The translations under genes and the position numbers were made by a program. A stretch of DNA of 50,500 nucleotides, from the sequence record SRR20825006_1008. The stretch is one strand, 5' to 3'. The notes under the pieces are model-generated. The model was not told the origin of the DNA, made no database searches, and saw only the letters and a list, made by a program, of their open reading frames with translations. Of this stretch, positions 17,419 to 26,657 are shown piece after piece (position 1 is the stretch's first letter; the number at the start of each line of letters is the position of its first letter).

Positions 17419-19590
17419 ATGCGCAAGATTTTCGCTCCGCTCAGCTTTTTGGCCCTCGCGGCCTGTGGAACACAAACACCAACGGAGACTCCCTTGGCAG
17501 ACACACTTCCCCCACCCCAGGTTTCTGAGGCAACTGCAGAAGACCCCTATCTCTGGCTGGAAGAAGTTGAAGGTGAGGCAGCGCTTGACTGGGTGCGCAA
17601 TCAGAATGACCGCTCGCTGAAAGAGCTGAAGGCAGATCCTGATTATGCGGGATATGAGGCGGCCGCGATCGAGGCGCTGACCTCGGCAGAGCGTATTCCC
17701 TACGGATCAATTCGTGACGGGATGGTCTACAATTTCTGGCAGGACGAAACGCATGTGCGCGGTCTGTGGCGTCGGACAACGCTGGAAAGTTATGCCAGTG
17801 ACACGCCGGAGTGGGAAACCATTCTCGATTTCGACAAGCTTGCGGAAGAAGAAGGCAAGAACTGGGTCTACAAGGGCGCAGACTGTTTCCGGCCCAAGGG
17901 CAGCGATATTGGCTACAAATGCATGATCTCCCTGTCGAATGGCGGCAAGGACGCGATTGTCCGCCGCGAATTCGATCTTGCGACCAAGCAATTCGTTGAT
18001 GACGGCTTCGTCACGCCAGAGGCCAAGCAGGGCGGTGCCTGGGCCAGCCCTGACACTTTGTTGATCGCAACCGATTGGGGCGAGGAAACACTGACCGCGT
18101 CCGGCTATCCTTTCATTGTGAAACGCTGGGACCGCGGTACGCCACTGGACGCCGCCGAAGAGGTGATCCGCGGCGAGGTGGATGATGTCGGCGTCTGGCC
18201 AATGACGCTGGAGCTTGAGGATGGGCGCATTCTGCAGGGCGCGGCTCAGGCCGACACGTTCTTCACGACGCGCTACTGGTGGTTCCCCGATGGAGAGAGC
18301 GAGCCGGTGCAGTGGCCTATCCCGCCAAAGTCTTCACCAGAAGGAATCCATGAAGGCCGATTGCTTGTTTCTTTGAAGCAGGATTGGACTCCGACGGGTC
18401 AGGAAACGACGTTCAAATCCGGTGATCTGGTCGCCTTCGATGTCGAGACTTTCATGGAGACCCGCGCATTGCCGCCGGTTTCACTTGTGTTTCACCCGAG
18501 CGAAACGCAGGCCTTGAAAGGCGTGTCCACTGCAAAGGGCGCCCTGCTTCTGGGGGTAAGTGATACGGCGGTTGGCAAGGTCATGCGCGCCACCGCGAGC
18601 GATGCCGGCTGGATGCTGGAACCCATTTCCCTTCCCGGCACGGGCCAGGCCAGCGTCGCATTTGCCAGCAACGAAGAGGATACGGTCTTCATCAACTATG
18701 AGGATTTCCTGACGCCAGATTCGCTGCTCTCCTACAGTGCCTCGACGGGGGACGTAAAAGCCCTCAAGAGTCTGCCGCCGAAATTTGATGCAACAGGCCT
18801 GAGTGTCACGCAGCATTTTGCGACGTCGAAGGACGGCACGCGCGTGCCTTATTTCCTCGTAAGCAAAGCAGATCTGCCGCTCGACGGTTCCACGCCGACG
18901 CTTCTATACGGGTATGGCGGGTTCCAGGTCTCGCTGAATCCGTCCTACAGCGCTGTCACAGGTCGTCTGTGGCTGGAACAGGGGGGTGCTTATGTGTTGG
19001 CGAACATCCGCGGCGGGGGCGAGTTCGGCCCCGAGTGGCATCAGGCTGGCCTAAAGCAGAATCGCCAGCGCATCTATGATGACTTCATTTCGGTCGGTGA
19101 GGATCTGATTGCACGAGGCGTTACATCACCGGAGCATCTCGGCATCATGGGCGGCTCAAATGGTGGCCTGCTCATGGGCGTCATGCTGAACCAGCGGCCA
19201 GACCTCTGGAACGCGGTCGTCGTGCAGGTGCCGCTGCTCGACATGATGCGTTACCACTTATTGCTGGCAGGTGCCTCGTGGGTAGACGAATACGGATCGC
19301 CGGAAGTGCCGGACGAACGTGCCTTTCTCGAGACGATTTCGCCCTACCAGAACTTTGATGCCACGAAAGACTATCCGGTGCCCTTCTTCGTTACCTCGAC
19401 CAAGGATGATCGCGTCCATCCCGGTCACGCGCGCAAGATGGCCGCGAAGTTCGAGGCGGCGGGCCTGCCATTCTACTATTATGAGAACATTGATGGCGGG
19501 CATTCGGCAGCGGCGAACCAGAAGGAGCGCGCCAAGCGGTCTGCTCTGGAGTTCACCTACCTGACCAAGCGGCTAGGCCGGACAAATTGA
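17419..19590 (+). CDS. Prolyl oligopeptidase (S9A), lipoprotein
   Basis: DPYLWLEEV, YGYGGF, GGSNGGLL (catalytic Ser), DDRVHPGH, GGH; lipobox LAAC. Confidence 0.93.
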   Translation: MRKIFAPLSFLALAACGTQTPTETPLADTLPPPQVSEATAEDPYLWLEEVEGEAALDWVRNQNDRSLKELKADPDYAGYEAAAIEALTSAERIPYGSIRDGMVYNFWQDETHVRGLWRRTTLESYASDTPEWETILDFDKLAEEEGKNWVYKGADCFRPKGSDIGYKCMISLSNGGKDAIVRREFDLATKQFVDDGFVTPEAKQGGAWASPDTLLIATDWGEETLTASGYPFIVKRWDRGTPLDAAEEVIRGEVDDVGVWPMTLELEDGRILQGAAQADTFFTTRYWWFPDGESEPVQWPIPPKSSPEGIHEGRLLVSLKQDWTPTGQETTFKSGDLVAFDVETFMETRALPPVSLVFHPSETQALKGVSTAKGALLLGVSDTAVGKVMRATASDAGWMLEPISLPGTGQASVAFASNEEDTVFINYEDFLTPDSLLSYSASTGDVKALKSLPPKFDATGLSVTQHFATSKDGTRVPYFLVSKADLPLDGSTPTLLYGYGGFQVSLNPSYSAVTGRLWLEQGGAYVLANIRGGGEFGPEWHQAGLKQNRQRIYDDFISVGEDLIARGVTSPEHLGIMGGSNGGLLMGVMLNQRPDLWNAVVVQVPLLDMMRYHLLLAGASWVDEYGSPEVPDERAFLETISPYQNFDATKDYPVPFFVTSTKDDRVHPGHARKMAAKFEAAGLPFYYYENIDGGHSAAANQKERAKRSALEFTYLTKRLGRTN

Positions 19591-19696
19591 CAATAAGGTT
19601 CCAAATAGGAACTTTCATCGGGTCTGAAAATAGAACTGGAACTCCTGACTTCGGTTTTTCTTGCCTCGATCAGTCTCCGGCCTAATGATCTAAATC

Positions 19697-20287
19697 GTGA
19701 ACCTTGCGGAGCCGCCCCCGGAAAATGACGTTGTTCGCCTGGATATGCTCACAGCGGACCATAAAGAGGTCGTGCTGGCGACTCCGGTGGCTGAATCCAT
19801 GTGGCAGTGGATGCCCGTAATGCCCACTGGCACCAGCCTCGAAGCGTATATGGACCATAGTCTGGACATGAAAGGGACGGACGCCTTCCATCCTTTCTAT
19901 GTGGTCGACAAGGCGACAGGTGAGTTTGCGGGTCTTGCCGCATTCGAGCGGGTGTCGCGCACGCATCGCCGGCTCGAAATCGGCTTTGTCTGGCATCCAG
20001 AGAAGTATCGCGGCACAGCCATTGTGCCCGCAACGCAACTGGCGCTTCTGACTCGCGCCCATGAGGCGCGCTTCCGGCGAATTTCGTATTTCGTACCGGA
20101 ACAGAATGAGCGCGCCATTCGTGCCTTCAGCAAAATGGGCGCCCAGCGCGAGGGCTTGATCCGGAACTATATGCGTACGGCCGGGGGCACATGGGCCAAT
20201 ATGGTTGTCCTCAGCCTGGTCGGAGACGAGATCAAGGCGGCGATTGCCGTGTTGCGAGACCGGGTGCGCGCGCTTCAGCTCGCTTGA
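19697..20287 (+). CDS. GNAT N-acetyltransferase (RimJ/RimL-like)
   Basis: RRLEIGFVW, N.RA..A..KMGAQREGLIRN; start uncertain. Confidence 0.8.
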   Translation: MNLAEPPPENDVVRLDMLTADHKEVVLATPVAESMWQWMPVMPTGTSLEAYMDHSLDMKGTDAFHPFYVVDKATGEFAGLAAFERVSRTHRRLEIGFVWHPEKYRGTAIVPATQLALLTRAHEARFRRISYFVPEQNERAIRAFSKMGAQREGLIRNYMRTAGGTWANMVVLSLVGDEIKAAIAVLRDRVRALQLA

Positions 20288-20311
20288 CGCCGCGGCTCCC
20301 GCATGCTTTAG
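20284..20311 (+). promoter_or_regulatory. Putative housekeeping promoter of ffh
   Basis: TTGACG then GCTTTAG, resembling the Caulobacter TTGACG/GCTANA consensus. Confidence 0.45.
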
Positions 20312-20478
20312 GCGCGCCAACATCTGCGCAAATTTGAAAAGCGCGCTTTGACTGATCCATGAGGTCAGCGAGGCCCCCCGCCCGGCGAAGTGTCGCTCAG
20401 CGGGGCTCTTCTGCTTTGTGCAATGGGTTTGATCGCCTATGTCAGACACATCTGGCAAACGGCAAAGGAGCGACAAAG

Positions 20479-21951
20479 ATGTTCGACACGCTGAGCGAAC
20501 GCCTTGGAGGAATTTTCGACGGCCTGACCGGTCGCGGTGCACTGTCCGAAAAGGACGTGAACGCGGCCCTGCGCGAGATTCGGGTCGCCTTGCTTGAGGC
20601 GGACGTCGCCCTGCCTGTCGTGAAGGATTTCATCGACAGCGTGCGCGCCCGCGCGGTGGGCGAGGAAGTCATTCGTTCGGTCAAGCCCGGTCAGCAAGTC
20701 ATCAAGATTGTCTATGACGGCCTTGTCGAGATGCTCGGCGGCGAAGAGGCCGATACCAGCCTGCGCATCGACAGCCCGCCGGCCATTATCATGATGGCCG
20801 GTCTGCAAGGCTCCGGTAAGACGACCACGACCGGCAAGCTCGCCAAGCGCCTGTCGGAAAAGGAACGCAAGCGCGTCCTGCTCGCCTCGCTTGATACGCG
20901 CCGTCCGGCCGCGATGGAACAGCTCGCGATCCTTGCCGACCAGTGCAACGAAAATGTCAGCGCCCTGCCGATCATTCAGGGCCAGTTGCCGGCTGATATT
21001 GCCCGTCGCGCCCTGAACGCCGCGAAGATCAGCGGCTATGACGTCCTCATCCTCGATACGGCCGGTCGCACGACGATCGACGAGCAGATGATGAATGAAG
21101 TGGCGGAGATCGCGCAGATCGCGAACCCGTCTGAAACGCTGCTCGTGGCTGATGCCCTGACGGGCCAGGACGCTGTTGAAACCGCCAGCCGCTTCCACGC
21201 TCGCCTGCCGCTGACCGGCCTTGTCCTGACACGGATGGATGGCGATGGCCGCGGCGGCGCGGCGCTTTCCATGCGCGCCGTTACGAGTCTGCCGATCAAG
21301 TTCATGGGCGTCGGCGAAAAGCTCGACGGCCTTGATGCCTTCGATGCCAAGCGAGTGGCTGGCCGGATTCTCGGACAGGGCGACATAGTCTCGCTGGTCG
21401 AAAAGGCCGCCGAGCAGATGGACGCCGAAAAGGCCGAACGCATGGCGGAGAAACTCCGCAAGGGCGAATTCGACCTTGAGGACATGGCCGACCAGTTCCG
21501 CCAGATGCAGCGCATGGGCGGTCTTGGCGGCCTGATGGGCATGTTGCCCGGCGCGCGCAAGGCAAAGGCCGCGATGGATTCGGCCAATCTCGACGACAAT
21601 GTGCTGAAGCGCCAGGAAGCGATCATTCTGTCCATGACGCGCAAGGAGCGTCGCAAACCGGCCATCCTGAATGCGTCTCGCCGCAAGCGGATTGCCGCTG
21701 GCGCTGGCGTGACCGTGCAAGAGGTCAACAAGGTGCTGAAGATGCACCAGCAGATGGCTGGCATGATGAAGAAGATGCGCCAGAAGGGCGGCATGAAGAA
21801 CATGATGAACATGGCCCAGGCCGCAGGCATCTCGCCGGGCGACCTTGCCAAGATGGGCGGCGGGGCAGGCGGCTTGCCCGGTCTTGGTGGCGGTGGACTG
21901 CCACCGGGCATGGGCGGTCTTCCCGGCCTCGGCGGAGGGAAAAAGAAATGA
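20479..21951 (+). CDS. ffh: Signal recognition particle protein
   Basis: ALLEADV, GLQGSGKTTT, DTAGR, Met-rich M domain; AAGGAG RBS. Confidence 0.97.
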   Translation: MFDTLSERLGGIFDGLTGRGALSEKDVNAALREIRVALLEADVALPVVKDFIDSVRARAVGEEVIRSVKPGQQVIKIVYDGLVEMLGGEEADTSLRIDSPPAIIMMAGLQGSGKTTTTGKLAKRLSEKERKRVLLASLDTRRPAAMEQLAILADQCNENVSALPIIQGQLPADIARRALNAAKISGYDVLILDTAGRTTIDEQMMNEVAEIAQIANPSETLLVADALTGQDAVETASRFHARLPLTGLVLTRMDGDGRGGAALSMRAVTSLPIKFMGVGEKLDGLDAFDAKRVAGRILGQGDIVSLVEKAAEQMDAEKAERMAEKLRKGEFDLEDMADQFRQMQRMGGLGGLMGMLPGARKAKAAMDSANLDDNVLKRQEAIILSMTRKERRKPAILNASRRKRIAAGAGVTVQEVNKVLKMHQQMAGMMKKMRQKGGMKNMMNMAQAAGISPGDLAKMGGGAGGLPGLGGGGLPPGMGGLPGLGGGKKK

Positions 21952-22265
21952 CCAATGAGCAAAGCGACGCCTTCGCCCTGCTGCAGCTGACCAAGCTGCG
22001 CTCCAGTATCGACAATCTGGATGCGATCATCATCCACACCCTGGCCGAGCGCTTCAAGGCGACGCAGGAAGTCGGCAAGCTGAAAGCCGTGCACAATATG
22101 CCGCCTGCGGACAAGGACCGCGAGGCCAGACAGATCGACCGCCTGCGCCAGCTGGCACAGGAAAGCGGGCTCGATCCCGCCTTCGCCGAGAAACTACTGA
22201 ATTTCATCGTGGCGGAAGTCATCCGCCATCATGAGCACATTCGCGGTCTTGAGACCGACGACTGA
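21948..22265 (+). CDS. Chorismate mutase (AroQ type)
   Basis: [20 protein letters not shown]; usual ffh-CM-rpsP synteny. Confidence 0.9.
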   Translation: MTNEQSDAFALLQLTKLRSSIDNLDAIIIHTLAERFKATQEVGKLKAVHNMPPADKDREARQIDRLRQLAQESGLDPAFAEKLLNFIVAEVIRHHEHIRGLETDD

Positions 22266-22305
22266 GTTACCACCCCGAGACGCCAGACTTACAGGAGATA
22301 CACAT

Positions 22306-22743
22306 ATGGCCCTCAAGATTCGACTCGCCCGTGGCGGGTCCAAGAAACGCCCTTTCTATTCCGTGGTCATCGCGGATGCCCGCGCACCGCGCGACGGTCG
22401 TTTCGTCGAGAAAATCGGTTCCTACGATCCGCGCCTTCCGAAAGATTCGGAATTCCGCGTCCAGATCGACGCCGAGAAAGCGTCCGAATGGCTCCGCAAG
22501 GGTGCCCAGCCGACCGAACGCGTTGCACGCTTCCTGTCCAAGATCGAACTGGACGGCAAGCCGCTCGTAGAATGGGCGCATGGCAACAACCCGAACAAGG
22601 GTGAGCCAGGCAAGAAAGCTCAGGAACGCGCTGAAGAGAAAGCCGAAAAGGCAAAAGCGGCGGCTGAAGCTGCTGCGGCTCCGGCTGAAGAAGAAGCTCC
22701 GGCCGCTGAAGAAGCGCCCGCTGAGGAAGCTGCTTCGGAATAG
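22306..22743 (+). CDS. rpsP: 30S ribosomal protein S16 with Ala/Glu-rich tail
   Basis: [40 protein letters not shown]. Confidence 0.97.
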   Translation: MALKIRLARGGSKKRPFYSVVIADARAPRDGRFVEKIGSYDPRLPKDSEFRVQIDAEKASEWLRKGAQPTERVARFLSKIELDGKPLVEWAHGNNPNKGEPGKKAQERAEEKAEKAKAAAEAAAAPAEEEAPAAEEAPAEEAASE

Positions 22744-22768
22744 GACTGGCTTGCCAGTCTCGGGATAT

Positions 22769-22800
22769 GGCCGGTGCCCTGCGGGGTGCCGGCCTTTTTC
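22769..22800 (+). terminator. Intrinsic terminator after rpsP
   Basis: GGCCGGTGCCC..GGGTGCCGGCC followed by TTTTT. Confidence 0.75.
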
Positions 22801-22815
22801 GTGGACGCAAGGCCT

Positions 22816-22857
22816 GAGGCTGAATGCTGGGCAACAGAGAACCAAATCACCGTTCAG
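22816..22857 (+). promoter_or_regulatory. Shared upstream motif copy 1 (GAGGCTGAAT-N26-GTTCAG)
   Basis: Same two boxes and same 26-nt spacer as at 24148-24189, at a similar distance from a crystallin start codon. Confidence 0.55.
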
Positions 22858-22900
22858 GTCGCTTTCTCTAGAAAGAACACGACACGAGAGGAGATCCGAG

Positions 22901-23566
22901 ATGTCCAAGGCCAAACTTTTCAGAACTCTGCCCTTTGCTGCACTCGGAATTGCGGCGCTCGCCCTTCCTGCCAGCGCAGACCGGGGTCGCTATCATGATA
23001 CGTCATATCGTGGCGGTGGGAATGGCGTGGTGCTTCACGCTGATTCCGGCTTCTCCGGCGAAGGCCTTCGCATTCAGGGCGCCGAGCCGGACCTTGCCCG
23101 CCTGCGCTTCAATGACCGAGCCTCGTCGATTACCATTCGCGCTGGCGCATGGGAACTGTGTACGGACGCCCATTTCAGGGGGCGGTGCGAAATCGTCGAT
23201 GCGAGCACAGGTCGCCTGAACGCATATCGCCTCAATGACAATGTTTCCTCCCTTCGTCCTGTCGCCTATCGCGACCGGCCGGGGAAAGGCCGTCGCGGAG
23301 GAGGGTATGGTGACCTTGTTCTGTTCCAGGATTCTGCCCAGCGCGGGCAGGCCATCGAAATCAGCCACGATGTGCCGGATCTCGGCCAGTATCGTTTCAA
23401 TGACCGCGCAAGCTCCTTCCTCGTGACGGGCGGCAGTTGGCTGGTCTGCGAGCATGCGAACTATCGGGGGCGGTGCGAAGTGTTGCAGGGCGGCGCGGGT
23501 GATTTGAAGCCAATCCGCATGAACGACAATATTTCCTCCATCCGCGCCTATGACGGCTGGCGCTGA
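22901..23566 (+). CDS. Secreted beta/gamma-crystallin domain protein (two domains)
   Basis: Signal peptide (ALALPASA); NDRASS/NDNVSS/NDRASS/NDNISS Greek-key motifs and W..C....(F/Y)RGRC; GAGGAG RBS. Confidence 0.85.
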   Translation: MSKAKLFRTLPFAALGIAALALPASADRGRYHDTSYRGGGNGVVLHADSGFSGEGLRIQGAEPDLARLRFNDRASSITIRAGAWELCTDAHFRGRCEIVDASTGRLNAYRLNDNVSSLRPVAYRDRPGKGRRGGGYGDLVLFQDSAQRGQAIEISHDVPDLGQYRFNDRASSFLVTGGSWLVCEHANYRGRCEVLQGGAGDLKPIRMNDNISSIRAYDGWR

Positions 23567-23616
23567 TACGGCGCTTGCCCGCTTGCGCTCTGCCAATCGG
23601 CCGTTAGAGAAGCGGC

Positions 23617-24168
23617 ATGAGCGCGAAATCAAATACTGAGAGACAGATCGTCGTGGGCGTTATCAAGGGTGCGCACGGCGTACGCGGTGATGTGCGAGTG
23701 AAAAGCTTCACCGCCGACCCGGATGATGTGTTCACCTATGGTGCGCTGACTGATGAAGCTGGGAAGCCCGTGCTGACGCCGCAATCGGCCCGGCCCGGCA
23801 AGGACCATTTCATTGTGCGTCCCAAGGAACAGAAGCAAAAAGAAGAATGGGACGCGATGCGTGGCACGCTATTGCATGTCCCGCGCGCGAAACTTCCGGA
23901 AACAGATGACGACGAGTTCTACATCGAGGACCTTGTCGGTCTTCAGGTGTTCGCGGGCGGGAATGAGCCTGCGGGCACCGTGAAAGCCGTGCAGAATTTC
24001 GGCGCAGATGATTTGCTCGAAATCCGTTTGGCGGACCGGGGCGATACGGTTCTCGTGCCCTTCACGCTGGCCGATGTGCCGACCGTGGACCTTGCCACAT
24101 CCCGCATCATCATTCCGGATCTCGCCGAATGGACGGCGCCCGGGGACGAGGCTGAATCCACTGATTGA
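23617..24168 (+). CDS. rimM: Ribosome maturation factor RimM
   Basis: GAHGVRGDVRVKSFT, EFYIEDLVGL, NFGADDLLEI, VPFT. Confidence 0.95.
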   Translation: MSAKSNTERQIVVGVIKGAHGVRGDVRVKSFTADPDDVFTYGALTDEAGKPVLTPQSARPGKDHFIVRPKEQKQKEEWDAMRGTLLHVPRAKLPETDDDEFYIEDLVGLQVFAGGNEPAGTVKAVQNFGADDLLEIRLADRGDTVLVPFTLADVPTVDLATSRIIIPDLAEWTAPGDEAESTD

Positions 24169-24189
24169 CCCATGTTGCCGCTTGTTCAG
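24148..24189 (+). promoter_or_regulatory. Shared upstream motif copy 2 (GAGGCTGAAT-N26-GTTCAG), partly inside the rimM 3' end
   Basis: Identical boxes and spacing to 22816-22857. Confidence 0.55.
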
Positions 24190-24234
24190 ACGCCACCTGT
24201 CATAAAGGGTAGGTTAAGAACGAGGTAACTGCCC

Positions 24235-25857
24235 ATGTTTGCCAGATTAATCCGCTTCGGCGCTGCTCTTGCCCTTCCGCTAACTGTAGTGGGCGCTGCA
24301 GCCGCGCAGTATGAAGGCAATGAACAACCGGCGGGCCTGATGTTGTTCAGCGGCGAGGATTTTCGCGGGGAAGTGCGGGAAGTCTTCGATTCCGTCTATT
24401 CCCTGAACGACTATTATTTCAATGATCGCGCGCAATCCGTTGCGGTCCTGTCCGGCGCCTGGGAGCTGTGCGAGCATAGCGATTTCACCGGCCGCTGTGT
24501 CTTCATTCGTGGCGATGTCCAGGACCTCGACTGGTACGGCCTTGATCGCGAGCTAACGTCGGTGCGCCCGATTTACGAGTATACCGAAGCCGAGCACGGC
24601 TTGATGTTCACCCGCGATCAGTCGGGCTATATCCGCTATGCTGACAATGCCCGTTACGGGTACGACAATTACTCACACGGCTATGGCACCAGCACGAGTG
24701 TCAGCGTCTACCATTATGGCTATTCGCCGAGCTATCGATCCCACGGTTATTACAGTCCGCGTCTCGGCCACGGCCCCTATGGCTTCGGCTGGACGCGTCA
24801 TGGCGCGAATCCGCACTATGGGCGTCATTACCGCAAGCAACAGCGCCCGCTGAAAGGGCATTATGGCGCGCGCAATGGCGCGGTGACGCTCTACACGGAT
24901 TCCTATGAACGCGGTGCCTCGCTTGGCCTCAACAAGGGCGTTTCCGACCTCAGTCGCTATCGCTTCAATGACAATATATCGTCGCTGCAAATCCGTTCCG
25001 GCAAATGGGAAGTTTGCGAGCATGCGAACTATAAAGGGCGCTGTCAGATCGTCGATGCCTCGACGGACCGGCTGAATGGTATTCGTCTGAATGACAACAT
25101 CTCGTCCATTCGGCCGGTGGGTGACAGCCCGCGCGGCGGCCGAGGAGATGGTCAACGCGGAGATCGCGGTGTCCGAAATGATGGGGGCCACGCAGACCGC
25201 GGTCGCCGGGATGATGGCCGGAATGGCAATCGTGGCGGCGGACGAAATGGAAATGTGCAGACAGTAGCGCCGACAGCGGCAAACCCGCTTGCGGGCGGGC
25301 CGAAGGCGCGGGACGTGACTCAGCAACGTCGCCCACACGCTCTGCCAGGTCGCCCGCAACGCGCCAATATTGGCTCTGAAGACCGTCCGCGTCCTAATGT
25401 GCGGACCATTCAGCCCAACCGTTCGACCACCCAGAGACCGCAGACGCGCCAGGTGCAACCGGCGGCAACGCAGCGCAACCGCGCGCAAACCGAGCGCCGG
25501 CCCACAGCCACGCCGCGGCCCAGGCAAAAAGTGGACATGAATACTTCGCGGCCCAAGGCGCTGAGGAACACTCAAACGCAACGCCGTGAGGTGCAGCAGC
25601 GCCCTCAAACCCAGACGCGCATCCGTCCCCAACAGCAGACCAGACAACAGGTGAGGCAACCGGCGCGCCCGCAAGTCCGTCCTGCCCCGCAGACGCGCAA
25701 ACAGGCACAGCCGCAACGGCAAGCCCGGCCACAGGCTCAGCGCCAACCGGGTCGGGTAAAGCCGCAGCAACGGTCCGCGCCGCGTCCGCAACCGCAACGG
25801 TCAAATAATATGCCGAAAGCCCTGCGCAATCGGGGTGGAGAAGTTCACAAGGACTAG
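24235..25857 (+). CDS. Secreted beta/gamma-crystallin protein with Y/G/H-rich linker and long R/Q/P-rich disordered tail
   Basis: Signal peptide, two crystallin domains (NDRAQS, NDNISS x2, WE.CEH....GRC), low-complexity C-terminal half. Confidence 0.82.
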   Translation: MFARLIRFGAALALPLTVVGAAAAQYEGNEQPAGLMLFSGEDFRGEVREVFDSVYSLNDYYFNDRAQSVAVLSGAWELCEHSDFTGRCVFIRGDVQDLDWYGLDRELTSVRPIYEYTEAEHGLMFTRDQSGYIRYADNARYGYDNYSHGYGTSTSVSVYHYGYSPSYRSHGYYSPRLGHGPYGFGWTRHGANPHYGRHYRKQQRPLKGHYGARNGAVTLYTDSYERGASLGLNKGVSDLSRYRFNDNISSLQIRSGKWEVCEHANYKGRCQIVDASTDRLNGIRLNDNISSIRPVGDSPRGGRGDGQRGDRGVRNDGGHADRGRRDDGRNGNRGGGRNGNVQTVAPTAANPLAGGPKARDVTQQRRPHALPGRPQRANIGSEDRPRPNVRTIQPNRSTTQRPQTRQVQPAATQRNRAQTERRPTATPRPRQKVDMNTSRPKALRNTQTQRREVQQRPQTQTRIRPQQQTRQQVRQPARPQVRPAPQTRKQAQPQRQARPQAQRQPGRVKPQQRSAPRPQPQRSNNMPKALRNRGGEVHKD

Positions 25858-25869
25858 GGGTGTTGCGGC

Positions 25870-26619
25870 TCAGTTCGCGCGCGGGTCGTGCCATTCGCGC
25901 GCGATGCCGTATCCGCCCCGGCGGATCAGCCAGAACATGCCGATCAGGTCAAAGATGCCTGCGCCAAGCCTGCCGAGGAATCCGTATTTGGATTCTCCCG
26001 CCAGTCGCTTGCGATCATTCACGCGCTCTTCGCGCACATCCCAGCCTGCGCGCTTGATCAGGGCGGGCAGGAAGCGGTGCATCGAGGCAAAGAAGGGCAG
26101 ATCGCGAAAAGCTTCGGTCCGGATCAGTTTCCATCCGCATCCGGTATCCGTCGCATCATCCTGAAGCACGAAGCGGCGTACCCCATTGGCGACGCGGGAC
26201 TGTACCCATTTGAATCCGGAATCATTCCGGCTGTTGCGCTTGCCTGCAATGATGCCGAGGCTGGGGGATGCGCCCGGCACAATGATCTCTTTCCAGAGAC
26301 GGGCCGTATCCGCCGGATCGTTCTGCCCGTCCCCGTCAAGCAATTGTACCCACTGGCCGCGCACAGATTTGAGCCCGGTGAACAGTGCGGCGGACTTCCC
26401 CTTGCGCGCGACATGATTGAACACGACCACGGTATCGGGATGCTTCGCCATCGCTTCGGCAAGTTCCTGCTCTGTCGCGTCGGACGAGCAATCATTCACG
26501 CACACAATCTCGAAACTGATCCCCGCCAGCTGCTCATGGACCTCGTCGATCACGGGGTGCACATTACCCTCTTCATTGAAGAACGGGATCAGGACGGAGA
26601 GGGCGGGGCTTTGGGGCAT
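25870..26619 (-). CDS. Glycosyltransferase family 2 (polyprenol-phosphate mannosyltransferase-like)
   Basis: SVLIPFFNEEGN, VNDCSSD, LDGDGQNDPAD, DTGCG.K, HRFLPAL; start MPQSP. Confidence 0.9.
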   Translation of the reverse strand: MPQSPALSVLIPFFNEEGNVHPVIDEVHEQLAGISFEIVCVNDCSSDATEQELAEAMAKHPDTVVVFNHVARKGKSAALFTGLKSVRGQWVQLLDGDGQNDPADTARLWKEIIVPGASPSLGIIAGKRNSRNDSGFKWVQSRVANGVRRFVLQDDATDTGCGWKLIRTEAFRDLPFFASMHRFLPALIKRAGWDVREERVNDRKRLAGESKYGFLGRLGAGIFDLIGMFWLIRRGGYGIAREWHDPRAN

Positions 26620-26657
26620 AGGTCTGGAGTAGAGGCTGGCGCCTTGGCGGTCCAGTC

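Noticed and set aside
19598-19612. GTTCC-AAATA-GGAAC as a LexA box
   Set aside because: The alphaproteobacterial LexA box is a direct repeat (GTTC-N7-GTTC); this is a short inverted repeat of unknown meaning.
21850-21945. Repeated GGLPG units at the end of ffh
   Set aside because: Ordinary glycine-rich tail of alphaproteobacterial Ffh.
20437-22094. 436-aa and 352-aa minus-strand ORFs
   Set aside because: Antisense to ffh and chorismate mutase; shadow frames.
24214-24229. TTAA-N7-GTAAC as a CtrA site
   Set aside because: One mismatch, overlaps the RBS, and not shared by the paralogous promoter; too weak to call.
25400-25857. Repetitive CAG/CCG-rich DNA as a CRISPR array or VNTR
   Set aside because: No constant repeat-spacer period; explained by the Q/R/P-rich coding tail.
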